A stretch of DNA of 64,000 nt, taken from the NCBI GenBank assembly GCA_964016885.1, contig OZ024741.1, positions 262,694,001 through 262,758,000 of the forward strand. Reading direction: 5' to 3'. Source of the DNA: Eledone cirrhosa (taxonomy: Eukaryota). Positions within the stretch are counted from its first letter, which is position 1, and each line of letters starts with the position of its first letter. The notes below the pieces were generated by a model, which made no database searches, was not told the DNA's origin, and saw only the letters and a program-made list of their open reading frames with translations. The position numbers and the translations under genes are program-made. Positions 39,201 to 53,762 of this stretch are shown here, one piece after another.

Positions 39201-40180
39201 TCGACTTACGAGTGTTTCGACTTATGAGTGTTTCGACTTACGAGTGTTTCGACTTACGAGTGTTTCGGCTTATGATTGTTTCGACTTACGAGTGTTTTGA
39301 CTTACGGTGTTTCAGCTTACGAGTGTTTCGACATACGAGTGTTTTGACTTACGGGTGTTTTGACATACGAGTGTTTCGATACGAGTGTTCTGACTTACGA
39401 GTGTTCTGACTTACGAGTGTTTTGACTTACGAGTGTTCTGACTTAAGAGTGTTCCGACTTACGAGTGTTCCGACTTACGAGTGTTTCGGCTTACGAGTGT
39501 TTCCGGCTTACGAGTGTTTCGACTTACGAGTGTTTTGACTTACGGTGTTTCGGCTTACGAGTGATTCGACTTACGAGTGTTTTGACTTACGGGTTTTTTG
39601 ACTTACGGGTGTTGTGAATTACGAGTGTTCCGATTTACGAGTGTTTTGACTTACGGTGTTTCGGCTTACGAGTGATTCGACTTACGAATGTCTTGACTTA
39701 CGGGTGTTTCGGCTTGCGAGTGTTTCGACTTACGAGTGTTTCGGCTTATGAGTGTTTCGACTTACTAATGTTTTTACTTACGAGTGTTCTGACTTACGAG
39801 TGTTCTGACTTACGAGTGTTCTGACTTACGAGTGTTCTGATTTACGAGTGTTCCGACTTACGAGTGTTTCGGCTTACGAGTGTTTCGGCTTACGAGTGTT
39901 TCGACTTACGAGTGTTTCGACTTACGAGTGTTCCGACTTACGGGTGTTTCGACTTACGAGTTGTTTGACTTACGGTGTTTCGGCTTACGAGTGTTTCGAG
40001 TTACGAGTGTTTTGACATACGCGTGTTTTGACATACGAGTGTTTCGATACGAGTGTTCTGACTTACGAGTGTTCTGACTTACGAGTGTTCTGACTTACGA
40101 GTGTTCTGACTTACGAGTGTTCCGACTTTACGAGTGTTTCGGCTCACGAGTGTTTCGGCTTACGAGTGTTTCGACTTACG

Positions 40181-40250
40181 AAAATAACAAATAGACGCGG
40201 TTTCAAATCTCTATGATTTTCAAATTCATTACATTAATCTTTATTTATAC
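40181..40250 (+). repeat. AT-rich element copy 16 (ATGATTTTC variant)
   Basis: Direct match; HOR C position 1. Confidence 0.96.
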
Positions 40251-43200
40251 GTTTCGCTTTACGAGTGTTTCGACTTACGAGTGTTTCGACATACGAGTGT
40301 TTCGACTTCCGAATGTTTTTGCTTACGGGTGTTTCGACTTACGAATGTTACGGCTTACGAGTGTTTCGGCTTACGAGTCTTCCGACTTAGGAGTGTTTCG
40401 GCTTACGAGTGTTTCCGGCTTACGAGTGTTTCGACTTACGAGTGTTTCGACTTTCGAGTGTTTTGACTTACGGTGTTTCGGCTTACGAGTGATTCGACTT
40501 ACGAGTGTTTTGACTTACGTGTGTTTTGACTTACGGGTGTTGTGAATTACCAGTGTTCCGATTTACGAGTGTTTTGACTTACGGTGTTTCGGCTTGCGAG
40601 TGTTTCGACTTACGAGTGTTTCGGCTTATGAGTGTTTCGACTTACTAATGTTTTTACTTACGAGTGTTTCGGCGTTCGAGTGTTTTGACTTACGAGTGTT
40701 TCGACTTACGAGTGTTTTGACTTACGAATGTTTTGACTTACGGGTGTTTCGGCTTACGGGTGTTTCGACTTACGAGTGTTTCGACTTATGAGTGTTTCGA
40801 CTTACGAGTGTTCTGACTTACGAGTGTTCTGACTTACGAGTGTTCCCACTTACGAGTGTTTCGGTTTACGAGTGTTTCGACATACGAGTGTTTTGACTTA
40901 CGGGTGTTTCGACTTACGGGTGTTTCGACTTACGAGTGTTTTGGCTTACGAGTGTTTCGACTTACTAATGTTTTTACTTACGAGTGTTTCGGTGTACGAA
41001 TGTTTTGACTTAAGGATGTTTCGACTTACGAGTGTTTCGACTTACGAGTGTTTCGGCTTACGTGAGTTTCGACTTAAGAGTGTTCTGATTTACGAGTGTT
41101 CTGACTTGCGGGTGTTCTGATTTACGAGTGTTCCGACTTACGAGTGTTTCGGCTTATGAGTGTTTCGACTTACGAGTGTTTCGGCTTACGAGTGTTTCGA
41201 CTTATGGGTGTTTCGACTTAAGAGTGTTTTTACTTACGGTGTTTCGGCTTACGTGTGTTTCGACATACGAGTGTTTTGACTTACGGGTGTTTCGGCTTAC
41301 GAGTGTTTCGACTTACGAGTGTTTCGGCTTACGAGTGTTTCGACTTACTAATGTTTTTACTTACGAGTGTTTCGGCGTACGAGAGTTTTGACTTACGAGT
41401 GTTTCGACTTACGAGTGTTTTGACTTACGAATGTTTTGACTTACGGGTGTTTCGGCTAATGAGTGTTTCGACTTACGAGTCTTTCGGCTTACGAGTGTTT
41501 CGACTTACTAATGTTTTTACTTACGAGTGTTTCGGCGTACGACTGTTTCGACTTACGAGTGTTTCGACTTACGGGTGTTTTGACTTACGGGTGTTTCGGC
41601 TTACGAGTGTTTCGACTTACGAGTGTTTTGACTTACGGGTGTTTCGACTTACGAGTATTTTTGGCTTACGAGTGTTTCGACTTACGAGTGTTTTGACTTA
41701 CGAGTGTTCTGATTTACGGATGTTTCGACATACGAGTGTTTCGACTTACGAGTGTTTCGACTTATGAGTGTTTCGACTTACGAGTGTTTCGGCTTACGAG
41801 TGTTTCGACTTACGAGTGTTTTGACTTACGGTGTTTCGGCTTACGAGTGATTCGACTTACGAGTGTTTTGACTTACGGGTGATTTGACTTACGGGTGTTG
41901 TGAATTACGAGTGTTCCGATTTACGAGTGTTTTGACTTACGATGTTTCGACTTATGAGTGTTTCGACTTACGAGTGTTTCGGCTTATGAGTGTTTCGACT
42001 TACGAGTGCTTCGGCTTACGAGTGTTTCGACTTACGAGTATTTCGGCTTAAGAGTGTTTCGACGTACGAATGTTTTGGCTTACGAGTGTTTCGGCTTATG
42101 AGTGTTTCGGCTTACGAGTGTTTCGACTTACGAGTGTTTCGGCTTACGAGTGTTTCAGTGTTTCGGCTTACGTGTGTTTCGACTTACGAGTGTTTCGACT
42201 TACGACTGTTTCGGCTTACGAGTGTTTCGGCTTACGAGTGTTTTGACTCACGAGTGTTTTGACTTACGATTGTTTGGCTTACGAGTGTTCTGACTTACGG
42301 GTGTTCTGATTTACGAGTGTTCCGACTTACGAGTGTTTCGGCTTATGAGGGTTTCGACTTACGAGTGCTTCGGCTTACGAGTGTTTCGACTTACGAGTGT
42401 TTCGGATTACGAGTGTTTCGACTTACGAGTGTTTCGACTTACGAGTGTTTTGACTTACGGTGTTTCGGCTTACGAGTGTTTCGACATACGAGTGTTTTGA
42501 CGTACGGGTGTTTCGACTTACGGGTCTTTCGACTTAAGAGTGTTTCGACTTACGAGCGCTTCGACTTACGAGTGTTTCGACTTACGAGTGTTTCGGCGTA
42601 TGAGTGTTTTGACTTATGAGTGTTTCGACTTACGAGTGTTTCGACTTACGAGTGTTTCGACTTACGAGTGTTTCGGCTTACGAGTGTTTCGACTTACTAA
42701 TATTTTTACTTACGAGTGTTTCGGCGTACGAGAGTTTTGACTTACGAGTGTTTCGACTTACGAGTGTTTCGACTTACGAGTATTTTGACTTACGAATGTT
42801 TTGACTTACGGGTGTTTCGGCTTACGAGTGTTTCGACTTACGAGTCTTTCGGCTTACGAGTGTTTCGACTTACTAATGTTTTTACTTACGAGTGTTTCGG
42901 CGTACGAGTGTTTCGACTTCCGAGTGTTTCGACTTACGGGTGTTTTGATTAACGGGTGTTTCGGCTTACGAGTGTTTTGACTTACGAGTGTTTTGACTTA
43001 AGGGTGTTTCGACTTACGAGTATTTTTGGCTTACGAGTGTTTCGACTTACGAGTGTTTTGACTTACGAGTGTTCTGATTTACGGATGTTTCGACATACGA
43101 GTGTTTCGACTTACGAGTGTTTCGACTTATGAGTGTTTCGACTTACGAGTGTTTCGACTTACGAGTGTTTCGGCTTATGATTGTTTCGACTTACGAGTGT

Positions 43201-45236
43201 TTTGACTTACGGTGTTTCAGCTTACGAGTGTTTCGACTTACGAGTGTTTTGACTTACGGGTGTTTTGACATACGAGTGTTTCGATACGAGTGTTCTGACT
43301 TACGAGTGTTCTGACTTACGAGTGTTTTGACTTACGAGTGTTCTGACTTACGAGTGTTCCGACTTACGAGTGTTCCGACTTACGAGTGTTTCGGCTTACG
43401 GGTGTTTCCTGCTTACGAGTGTTTCGACTTACGAGTGTTTTGACTTACGGTGTTTCGGCTTACGAGTGATTCGACTTACGAGTGTTTTGACTTACGGGTG
43501 TTTTGACTTACGGGTGTTGTGAATTACGAGTGTTCCGATTTACGAGTGTTTTGACTTACGGTGTTTCGGCTTACGAGTGATTCGACTTACGAATGTTTTG
43601 ACTTACGGGTGTTTCGGCTTGCGAGTGTTTCGACTTACGAGTGTTTCGGCTTATGAGTGTTTCGACTTACTAATGTTTTTACTTACGAGTGTTCTGACTT
43701 ACGAGTGTTCCGACTTACGAGTGTTCCGACTTACGAGTGTTTCGGCTTACGAGTGTTTCCGGCTTACGAGTGTTTCGACTTACGAGTGTTTCGACTTACG
43801 AGTGTTTTGACTTACGGTGTTTCGACTTACGAGTGATTCGACTTACGAGTATTTTGACTTACGGCTGTTTTGACTTACGGGTGTTGTGAATTACGAGTGT
43901 TCCGATTTACGAGTGTTTTGACTTACGGTGTTTCGGCTTACGAGTGATTCGACTTACGAATGTTTTGACTTAAGGGTGTTTCGGCTTGCTAGTGTTTCGA
44001 CTTACGAGTGTTTCGGCTTATGAGTGTTTCGACTTACTACTGTTTTTACTTACGAGTGTTTCGGCGTACGAGTGTTTTGACTTACGAGTGTTTCGACTTA
44101 CGAGTGTTTCGAATTACGAGTGTTTCGGCTTACGTGAGTTTCGACTTAAGAGTGTTCTGATTTACGAGTGTTCTGACTTGCGGGTGTTCTGATTTACGAG
44201 TGTTCCGACTTACGAGTGTTTCGGCTTATGAGTGTTTCGATTTACGAGTGTTTCGGCTTACGAGTGTTTCGACTTATGGGTGTTTCGACATACGAGTGTT
44301 TTGACTTACGGGAGTTTCGACTTACGAGTGTTTTGACTTACGAATGTTTTGAATTACGGGTGTTTCGGCTTACGAGTGTTTCGACTTACGAGTGTTTCGG
44401 CTTACGAGTGTTTCGACTTACTAATGTTCTTACTTACGAGTGTTTCGGCGTACGAGAGTTTTGACTTACGAGTGTTTCGACTTACGAGTGTTTCGACTTA
44501 CGAGTCTTTCGGCTTACGAGTGTTTCGGCGTACGAGTGTTTCGACTTACGAGTGTTTCGACTTACGGGTGTTTTGACTTACGGGTGTTTCGGCTTACGAG
44601 TGTTTCGGCTTATGATTGTTTCGAATTACGAGTGTTTTGACTTACGGTGATTCAGCTTACGAGTGTTTCGACTTACGAGTGTTTTGACTTACGGGTGTTT
44701 TGACATACGAGTGTTTCGATACGTGTGTTCTGACTTACGAGTGTTCTGACTTACGAGTGTTTTGACTTACGAGTGTTCTGACTTACGAGTGTTCCGACTT
44801 ACGAGTGTTCCGACTTACGAGTGTTTTGGCTTACGAGTGTTTCCGGCTTACGAGTGTTTCGACTTACGAGTGTTTTGACTTACGGTGTTTCGGCTTACGA
44901 GTGTTTCGACTTACTAATGTTTTTACTTACGAGTGTTTCGGCGTACGAGAGTTTTGACTTACGAGTGTTTCGACTTACGAGTGTTTTGACTTACGAATGT
45001 TTTGACTTACGGGTGTTTCGGCTCATGAGTGTTTCGACTTACGAGTCTTTCGGCTTACGAGTGTTTCGACTTACTAATGTTTTTACTTACGAGTGTTTCG
45101 GCGTACGACTGTTTCGACTTACGAGTGTTTCGACTTACGGGTGTTTTGACTTACGGGTGTTTCGGCTTACGAGTGTTCCGACTTTACGAGTGTTTCGGCA
45201 CACGAGTGTTTCGGCTTACGAGTGTTTCGACTTACG

Positions 45237-45306
45237 AAAATAACATATAGACGCGGTTTCAAATCTCTATGCTTTTCAAATTCATTACATTAATCTATAT
45301 TTATAC
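45237..45306 (+). repeat. AT-rich element copy 17 (ACATATAG, ATCTATATTT)
   Basis: Direct match; HOR C position 2. Confidence 0.96.
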
Positions 45307-46465
45307 GTTTCGCTTTAGGAGTGTTTCGACTTACGAGTGTTTCGACATACGAGTGTTTCGACTTACGAATGTTTTTGCTTACGGGTGTTTCGACTTACGA
45401 ATGTTTTTGCTTACGAGCGTTTCGGTTTACGAGTGTTCCGACTTACGAGTGTTCCGACTTACGAGTGTTTCGTCTTACGAGTGTTTCCGGCTTACGAGTG
45501 TTTCGACTTACGAGTGTTTCGACTTACGAGTGTTTTGACTTACGGTGTTTCGGCTTACGAGTGATTAGACTTACGAGTGTTTTGACTTACGGTGTTTCAG
45601 CTTACGAGTGTTTCGACATACGAGTGTTTTGACTTACGGGTGTTTTGACATACGAGTGTTTCGATACGAGTGTTCTGACTTACGAGTGTTCTGACTTACG
45701 AGTGTTTTGACTTACGAGTGTTCTGACTTACGAGTGTTCCGACTTACGAGTGTTCCGACTTACGAGTGTTTCGGCTTACGAGTGTTTCCGGCTTACGAGT
45801 GTTTCGACTTACGAGTGTTTTGACTTACGGTGTTTCGGCTTACGAGTGATTCGACTTACGAGTGTTTTGACTTACGGGTGTTTTGACTTACGGGTGTTGT
45901 GAATTACGAGTGTTCCGATTTACGAGTGTTTTGACTTACGGTGTTTCGGCTTACGAGTGATTCGACTTACGAATGTCTTGACTTACGGGTGTTTCGGCTT
46001 GCGAGTGTTTCGACTTACGAGTGTTTCGGCTTATGAGTGTTTCGACTTACTAATGTTTTTACTTACGAGTGTTCTGACTTACGAGTGTTCTGACTTACGA
46101 GTGTTCTGACTTACGAGTGTTCTGATTTACGAGTGTTCCGACTTACGAGTGTTTCGGCTTACGAGTGTTTCGGCTTACGAGTGTTTCGACTTACGAGTGT
46201 TTCGACTTACGAGTGTTCCGACTTACGGGTGTTTCGACTTACGAGTTGTTTGGCTTACGGTGTTTCGGCTTACGAGTGTTTCGAGTTACGAGTGTTTTGA
46301 CATACGCGTGTTTTGACATACGAGTGTTTCGATACGAGTGTTCTGACTTACGAGTGTTCTGACTTACGAGTGTTCTGACTTACGAGTGTTCTGACTTACG
46401 AGTGTTCCGACTTTACGAGTGTTTCGGCTCACGAGTGTTTCGGCTTACGAGTGTTTCGACTTACG

Positions 46466-46535
46466 AAAATAACAAATAGACGCGGTTTCAAATCTCTATG
46501 ATTTTCAAATTCATTACATTAATCTTTATTTATAC
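46466..46535 (+). repeat. AT-rich element copy 18 (ATGATTTTC variant)
   Basis: Direct match. Confidence 0.96.
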
Positions 46536-49500
46536 GTTTCGCTTTACGAGTGTTTCGACTTACGAGTGTTTCGACATACGAGTGTTTCGACTTCCGAATG
46601 TTTTTGCTTACGGGTGTTTCGACTTACGAATGTTACGGCTTACGAGTGTTTCGGCTTACGAGTCTTCCGACTTAGGAGTGTTTCGGCTTACGAGTGTTTC
46701 CGGCTTACGAGTGTTTCGACTTACGAGTGTTTCGACTTTCGAGTGTTTTGACTTACGGTGTTTCGGCTTACGAGTGATTCGACTTACGAGTGTTTTGACT
46801 TACGTGTGTTTTGACTTACGGGTGTTGTGAATTACCAGTGTTCCGATTTACGAGTGTTTTGACTTACGGTGTTTCGGCTTGCGAGTGCTTCGACTTACGA
46901 GTGTTTCGGCTTATGAGTGTTTCGACTTACTAATGTTTTTACTTACGAGTGTTTCGGCGTTCGAGTGTTTTGACTTACGAGTGTTTCGACTTACGAGTGT
47001 TTTGACTTACGAATGTTTTGACTTACGGGTGTTTCGGCTTACGGGTGTTTCGACTTACGAGTGTTTCGACTTATGAGTGTTTCGACTTACGAGTGTTCTG
47101 ACTTACGAGTGTTCTGACTTACGAGTGTTCCGACTTACGAGTGTTTCGGTTTACGAGTGTTTCGACATACGAGTGTTTTGACTTACGGGTGTTTCGACTT
47201 ACGGGTGTTTCGACTTACGAGTGTTTTGGCTTACGAGTGTTTCGACTTACTAATGTTTTTACTTACGAGTGTTTCGGTGTACGAATGTTTTGACTTAAGG
47301 ATGTTTCGACTTACGAGTGTTTCGACTTACGAGTGTTTCGGCTTACGTGAGTTTCGACTTAAGAGTGTTCTGATTTACGAGTGTTCTGACTTGCGGGTGT
47401 TCTGATTTACGAGTGTTCCGACTTACGAGTGTTTCGGCTTATGAGTGTTTCGACTTACGAGTGTTTCGGCTTACGAGTGTTTCGACTTATGGGTGTTTCG
47501 ACTTAAGAGTGTTTTTACTTACGGTGTTTCGGCTTACGAGTGTTTCGACATACGAGTGTTTTGACTTACGGGTGTTTCGGCTTACGAGTGTTTCGACTTA
47601 CGAGTGTTTCGGCTTACGAGTGTTTCGACTTACTAATGTTTTTACTTACGAGTGTTTCGGCGTACGAGAGTTTTGACTTACGAGTGTTTCGACTTACGAG
47701 TGTTTTGACTTACGAATGTTTTGACTTACGGGTGTTTCGGCTTATGAGTGTTTCGACTTACGAGTCTTTCGGCTTACGAGTGTTTCGACTTACTAATGTT
47801 TTTACTTACGAGTGTTTCGGCGTACGACTGTTTCGACTTACGAGTGTTTCGACTTACGGGTGTTTTGACTTACGGGTGTTTCGGCTTACGAGTGTTTCGA
47901 CTTACGAGTGTTTTGACTTACGGGTGTTTCGACTTACGAGTATTTTTGGCTTACGAGTGTTTCGACTTACGAGTGTTTTGACTTACGAGTGTTCTGATTT
48001 ACGGATGTTTCGACATACGAGTGTTTCGACTTACGAGTGTTTCGACTTATGAGTGTTTCGACTTACGAGTGTTTCGGCTTACGAGTGTTTCGACTTACGA
48101 GTGTTTTGACTTACGGTGTTTCGGCTTACGAGTGATTCGACTTACGAGTGTTTTGACTTACGGGTGATTTGACTTACGGGTGTTGTGAATTACGAGTGTT
48201 CCGATTTACGAGTGTTTTGACTTACGATGTTTCGGCTTACGAGTGATTCGACTTACGAATGTTTTGACTTACGGGTGTTTCGGCTTGCGAGTGTTTCGAC
48301 TTACGAGTCTTTCGGCTTATGGGTGTTTCGACTTACTAATGTTTTTACTTACGAGTGTTTCGGCGTACGAGTGTTTTGACTTACGAGTGTTTCGACTTAC
48401 GAGTGTTTCGACTTACGAGTGTTTCGGCTTACGTGAGTTTCGACTTAAGAGTGTTCTGATTTACGAGTGTTCTGACTTGCGGGTGTTCTGATTTACGAGT
48501 GTTCCGACTTACGAGTGTTTCGGCTTATTAGTGTTTCGACTTACGAGTGTTTCGGCTTACGAGTGTTTCGACTTATGGGTGTTTCGACTTACGAGTGTTT
48601 TTACTTACGGTGTTTCGGCTTATGAGTGTTTCGACATACGAGTGTTTTGACTTGCGGGTGTTTCGACTTACGAGTGTTTTGACTTACGAATGTTTTGACT
48701 TACGGGTGTTTCGGCTTACGAGTGTTTCGACTTACGAGTGTTTCGGCTTACGAGTGTTTCGACTTACTAATGTTCTTACTTACGAGTGTTTCGGCGTACG
48801 AGAGTTTTGACTTACGAGTGTTTCGACTTACGAGTGTTTCGACTTACGAGTGTTTTGACTTACGAATGTTTTGACTTACGGGTGTTTCGGCTTACGAGTG
48901 TTTCGACTTACGAGTCTTTCGGCTTACGAGTGTTTCGGCGTACGAGTGTTTCGACTTACGAGTGTTTCGACTTACGGGTGTTTTGACTTACGGGTGTTTC
49001 GGCTTACGAGTGTTTTGACTTACGAGTGTTTTGACTTAAGGGTGTTTCGACTTACGAGTATTTTTGGCTTACGAGTGTTTCGACTTACGAGTGTTTTGAC
49101 TTACGAGTGTTCTGATTTACGGATGTTTCGACATACGAGTGTTTCGACTTACGAGTGTTTCGACTTATGAGTGTTTCGACTTACGAGTGTTTCGGCTTAT
49201 GAGTGTTTCGACTTACGAGTGCTTCGGCTTACGAGTGTTTCGACTTACGAGTATTTCGGCTTAAGAGTGTTTCGACGTACGAATGTTTTGGCTTACGAGT
49301 GTTTCGGCTTATGAGTGTTTCGGCTTACGAGTGTTTCGACTTACGAGTGTTTCGGCTTACGAGTGTTTCAGTGTTTCGGCTTACGTGTGTTTCGACTTAC
49401 GAGTGTTTCGACTTACGACTGTTTCGGCTTACGAGTGTTTCGGCTTACGAGTGTTTTGACTCACGAGTGTTTTGACTTACGATTGTTTGGCTTACGAGTG

Positions 49501-52465
49501 TTCTGACTTACGGGTGTTCTGATTTACGAGTGTTCCGACTTACGAGTGTTTCGGCTTATGAGGGTTTCGACTTACGAGTGCTTCGGCTTACGAGTGTTTC
49601 GACTTACGAGTGTTTCGGATTACGAGTGTTTCGACTTACGAGTGTTTCGACTTACGAGTGTTTTGACTTACGGTGTTTCGGCTTACGAGTGTTTCGACAT
49701 ACGAGTGTTTTGACGTACGGGTGTTTCGACTTACGGGTCTTTCGACTTAAGAGTGTTTCGACTTACGAGCGCTTCGACTTACGAGTGTTTCGACTTACGA
49801 GTGTTTCGGCGTATGAGTGTTTTGACTTATGAGTGTTTCGACTTACGAGTGTTTCGACTTACGAGTGTTTCGACTTACGAGTGTTTCGGCTTACGAGTGT
49901 TTCGACTTACTAATATTTTTACTTACGAGTGTTTCGGCGTACGAGAGTTTTGACTTACGATTGTTTCGACTTACGAGTGTTTCGACTTACGAGTGTTTCG
50001 ACTTACGAGTATTTTGACTTACGAATGTTTTGACTTACGGGTGTTTCGGCTTACGAGTGTTTCGACTTACGAGTCTTTCGGCTTACGAGTGTTTCGACTT
50101 ACTAATGTTTTTACTTACGAGTGTTTCGGCGTACGAGTGTTTCGACTTCCGAGTGTTTCGACTTACGGGTGTTTTGATTAACGGGTGTTTCGGCTTACGA
50201 GTGTTTTGACTTACGAGTGTTTTGACTTAAGGGTGTTTCGACTTACGAGTATTTTTGGCTTACGAGTGTTTCGACTTACGAGTGTTTTGACTTACGAGTG
50301 TTCTGATTTACGGATGTTTCGACATACGAGTGTTTCGACTTACGAGTGTTTCGACTTATGAGTGTTTCGACTTACGAGTGTTTCGACTTACGAGTGTTTC
50401 GGCTTATGATTGTTTCGACTTACGAGTGTTTTGACTTACGGTGTTTCAGCTTACGAGTGTTTCGACTTACGAGTGTTTTGACTTACGGGTGTTTTGACAT
50501 ACGAGTGTTTCGATACGAGTGTTCTGACTTACGAGTGTTCTGACTTACGAGTGTTTTGACTTACGAGTGTTCTGACTTACGAGTGTTCCGACTTACGAGT
50601 GTTCCGACTTACGAGTGTTTCGGCTAACGGGTGTTTCCTGCTTACGAGTGTTTCGACTTACGAGTGTTTTGACTTACGGTGTTTCGGCTTACGAGTGATT
50701 CGACTTACGAGTGTTTTGACTTACGGGTGTTTTGACTTAAGGGTGTTGTGAATTACGAGTGTTCCGATTTACGAGTGTTTTGACTTACGGTGTTTCGGCT
50801 TACGAGTGATTCGACTTACGAATGTTTTGACTTACGGGTGTTTCGGCTTGCGAGTGTTTCGACTTACGAGTGTTTCGGCTTATGAGTGTTTCGACTTACT
50901 AATGTTTTTACTTACGAGTGTTCTGACTTACGAGTGTTCCGACTTACGAGTGTTCCGACTTACGAGTGTTTCGGCTTACGAGTGTTTCCGGCTTACGAGT
51001 GTTTCGACTTACGAGTGTTTCGACTTACGAGTGTTTTGACTTACGGTGTTTCGACTTACGAGTGATTCGACTTACGAGTATTTTGACTTACGGCTGTTTT
51101 GACTTACGGGTGTTGTGAATTACGAGTGTTCCGATTTACGAGTGTTTTGACTTACGGTGTTTCGGCTTACGAGTGATTCGACTTACGAATGTTTTGACTT
51201 AAGGGTGTTTCGGCTTGCTAGTGTTTCGACTTACGAGTGTTTCGGCTTATGAGTGTTTCGACTTACTACTGTTTTTACTTACGAGTGTTTCGGCGTACGA
51301 GTGTTTTGACTTACGAGTGTTTCGACTTACGAGTGTTTCGAATTACGAGTGTTTCGGCTTACGTGAGTTTCGACTTAAGAGTGTTCTGATTTACGAGTGT
51401 TCTGACTTGCGGGTGTTCTGATTTACGAGTGTTCCGACTTACGAGTGTTTCGGCTTATGAGTGTTTCGACTTACGAGTGTTTCGGCTTACGAGTGTTTCG
51501 ACTTATGGGTGTTTCGACATACGAGTGTTTTGACTTACGGGAGTTTCGACTTACGAGTGTTTTGACTTACGAATGTTTTGACTTACGGGTGTTTCGGCTT
51601 ACGAGTGTTTCGACTTACGAGTGTTTCGGCTTACGAGTGTTTCGACTTACTAATGTTCTTACTTACGAGTGTTTCGGCGTACGAGAGTTTTGACTTACGA
51701 GTGTTTCGACTTACGAGTGTTTCGACTTACGAGTCTTTCGGCTTACGAGTGTTTCGGCGTACGAGTGTTTCGACTTACGAGTGTTTCGACTTACGGGTGT
51801 TTTGACTTACGGGTGTTTCGGCTTACGAGTGTTTCGGCTTATGATTGTTTCGAATTACGAGTGTTTTGACTTACGGTGATTCAGCTTACGAGTGTTTCGA
51901 CTTACGAGTGTTTTGACTTACGGGTGTTTTGACATACGAGTGTTTCGATACGTGTGTTCTGACTTACGAGTGTTCTGACTTACGAGTGTTTTGACTTACG
52001 AGTGTTCTGACTTACGAGTGTTCCGACTTACGAGTGTTCCGACTTACGAGTGTTTCGGCTTACGAGTGTTTCCGGCTTACGAGTGTTTCGACTTACGAGT
52101 GTTTTGACTTACGGTGTTTCGGCTTACGAGTGTTTCGACTTACTAATGTTTTTACTTACGAGTGTTTCGGCGTACGAGAGTTTTGACTTACGAGTGTTTC
52201 GACTTACGAGTGTTTTGACTTACGAATGTTTTGACTTACGGGTGTTTCGGCTCATGAGTGTTTCGACTTACGAGTCTTTCGGCTTACGAGTGTTTCGACT
52301 TACTAATGTTTTTACTTACGAGTGTTTCGGCGTACGACTGTTTCGACTTACGAGTGTTTCGACTTACGGGTGTTTTGACTTACGGGTGTTTCGGCTTACG
52401 AGTGTTCCGACTTTACGAGTGTTTCGGCACACGAGTGTTTCGGCTTACGAGTGTTTCGACTTACG

Positions 52466-52533
52466 AAAATAACATATAGACGCGGTTTCAAATCTATGCT
52501 TTTCAAATTCATTACATTAATCTATATTTATAC
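52466..52533 (+). repeat. AT-rich element copy 19 (68 bp, CT deletion)
   Basis: As copy 17, but AAATCTCTATG is shortened to AAATCTATG. Confidence 0.96.
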
Positions 52534-53692
52534 GTTTCGCTTTAGGAGTGTTTCGACTTACGAGTGTTTCGACATACGAGTGTTTCGACTTACGAATGTT
52601 TTTGCTTACGGGTGTTTCGACTTACGAATGTTTTTGCTTACGAGCGTTTCGGTTTACGAGTGTTCCGACTTACGAGTGTTCCGACTTACGAGTGTTTCGT
52701 CTTACGAGTGTTTCCGGCTTACGAGTGTTTCGACTTACGAGTGTTTCGACTTACGAGTGTTTTGACTTACGGTGTTTCGGCTTACGAGTGATTAGACTTA
52801 CGAGTGTTTTGACTAACGGTGTTTCAGCTTACGAGTGTTTCGACATACGAGTGTTTTGACTTACGGGTGTTTTGACATACGAGTGTTTCGATACGAGTGT
52901 TCTGACTTACGAGTGTTCTGACTTACGAGTGTTTTGACTTACGAGTGTTCTGACTTACGAGTGTTCCGACTTACGAGTGTTCCGACTTACGAGTGTTTCG
53001 GCTTACGAGTGTTTCCGGCTTACGAGTGTTTCGACTTACGAGTGTTTTGACTTACGGTGTTTCGGCTTACGAGTGATTCGACTTACGAGTGTTTTGACTT
53101 ACGGGTGTTTTGACTTACGGGTGTTGTGAATTACGAGTGTTCCGATTTACGAGTGTTTTGACTTACGGTGTTTCGGCTTACGAGTGATTCGACTTACGAA
53201 TGTCTTGACTTACGGGTGTTTCGGCTTGCGAGTGTTTCGACTTACGAGTGTTTCGGCTTATGAGTGTTTCGACTTACTAATGTTTTTACTTACGAGTGTT
53301 CTGACTTACGAGTGTTCTGACTTACGAGTGTTCTGACTTACGAGTGTTCTGATTTACGAGTGTTCCGACTTACGAGTGTTTCGGCTTACGAGTGTTTCGG
53401 CTTACGAGTGTTTCGACTTACGAGTGTTTCGACTTACGAGTGTTCCGACTTACGGGTGTTTCGACTTACGAGTTGTTTGGCTTACGGTGTTTCGGCTTAC
53501 GAGTGTTTCGAGTTACGAGTGTTTTGACATACGCGTGTTTTGACATACGAGTGTTTCGATACGAGTGTTCTGACTTACGAGTGTTCTGACTTACGAGTGT
53601 TCTGACTTACGAGTGTTCTGACTTACGAGTGTTCCGACTTTACGAGTGTTTCGGCTCACGAGTGTTTCGGCTTACGAGTGTTTCGACTTACG

Positions 53693-53762
53693 AAAATAAC
53701 AAATAGACGCGGTTTCAAATCTCTATGATTTTCAAATTCATTACATTAATCTTTATTTATAC
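53693..53762 (+). repeat. AT-rich element copy 20 (ATGATTTTC variant)
   Basis: Direct match, 7227 bp after copy 18. Confidence 0.96.
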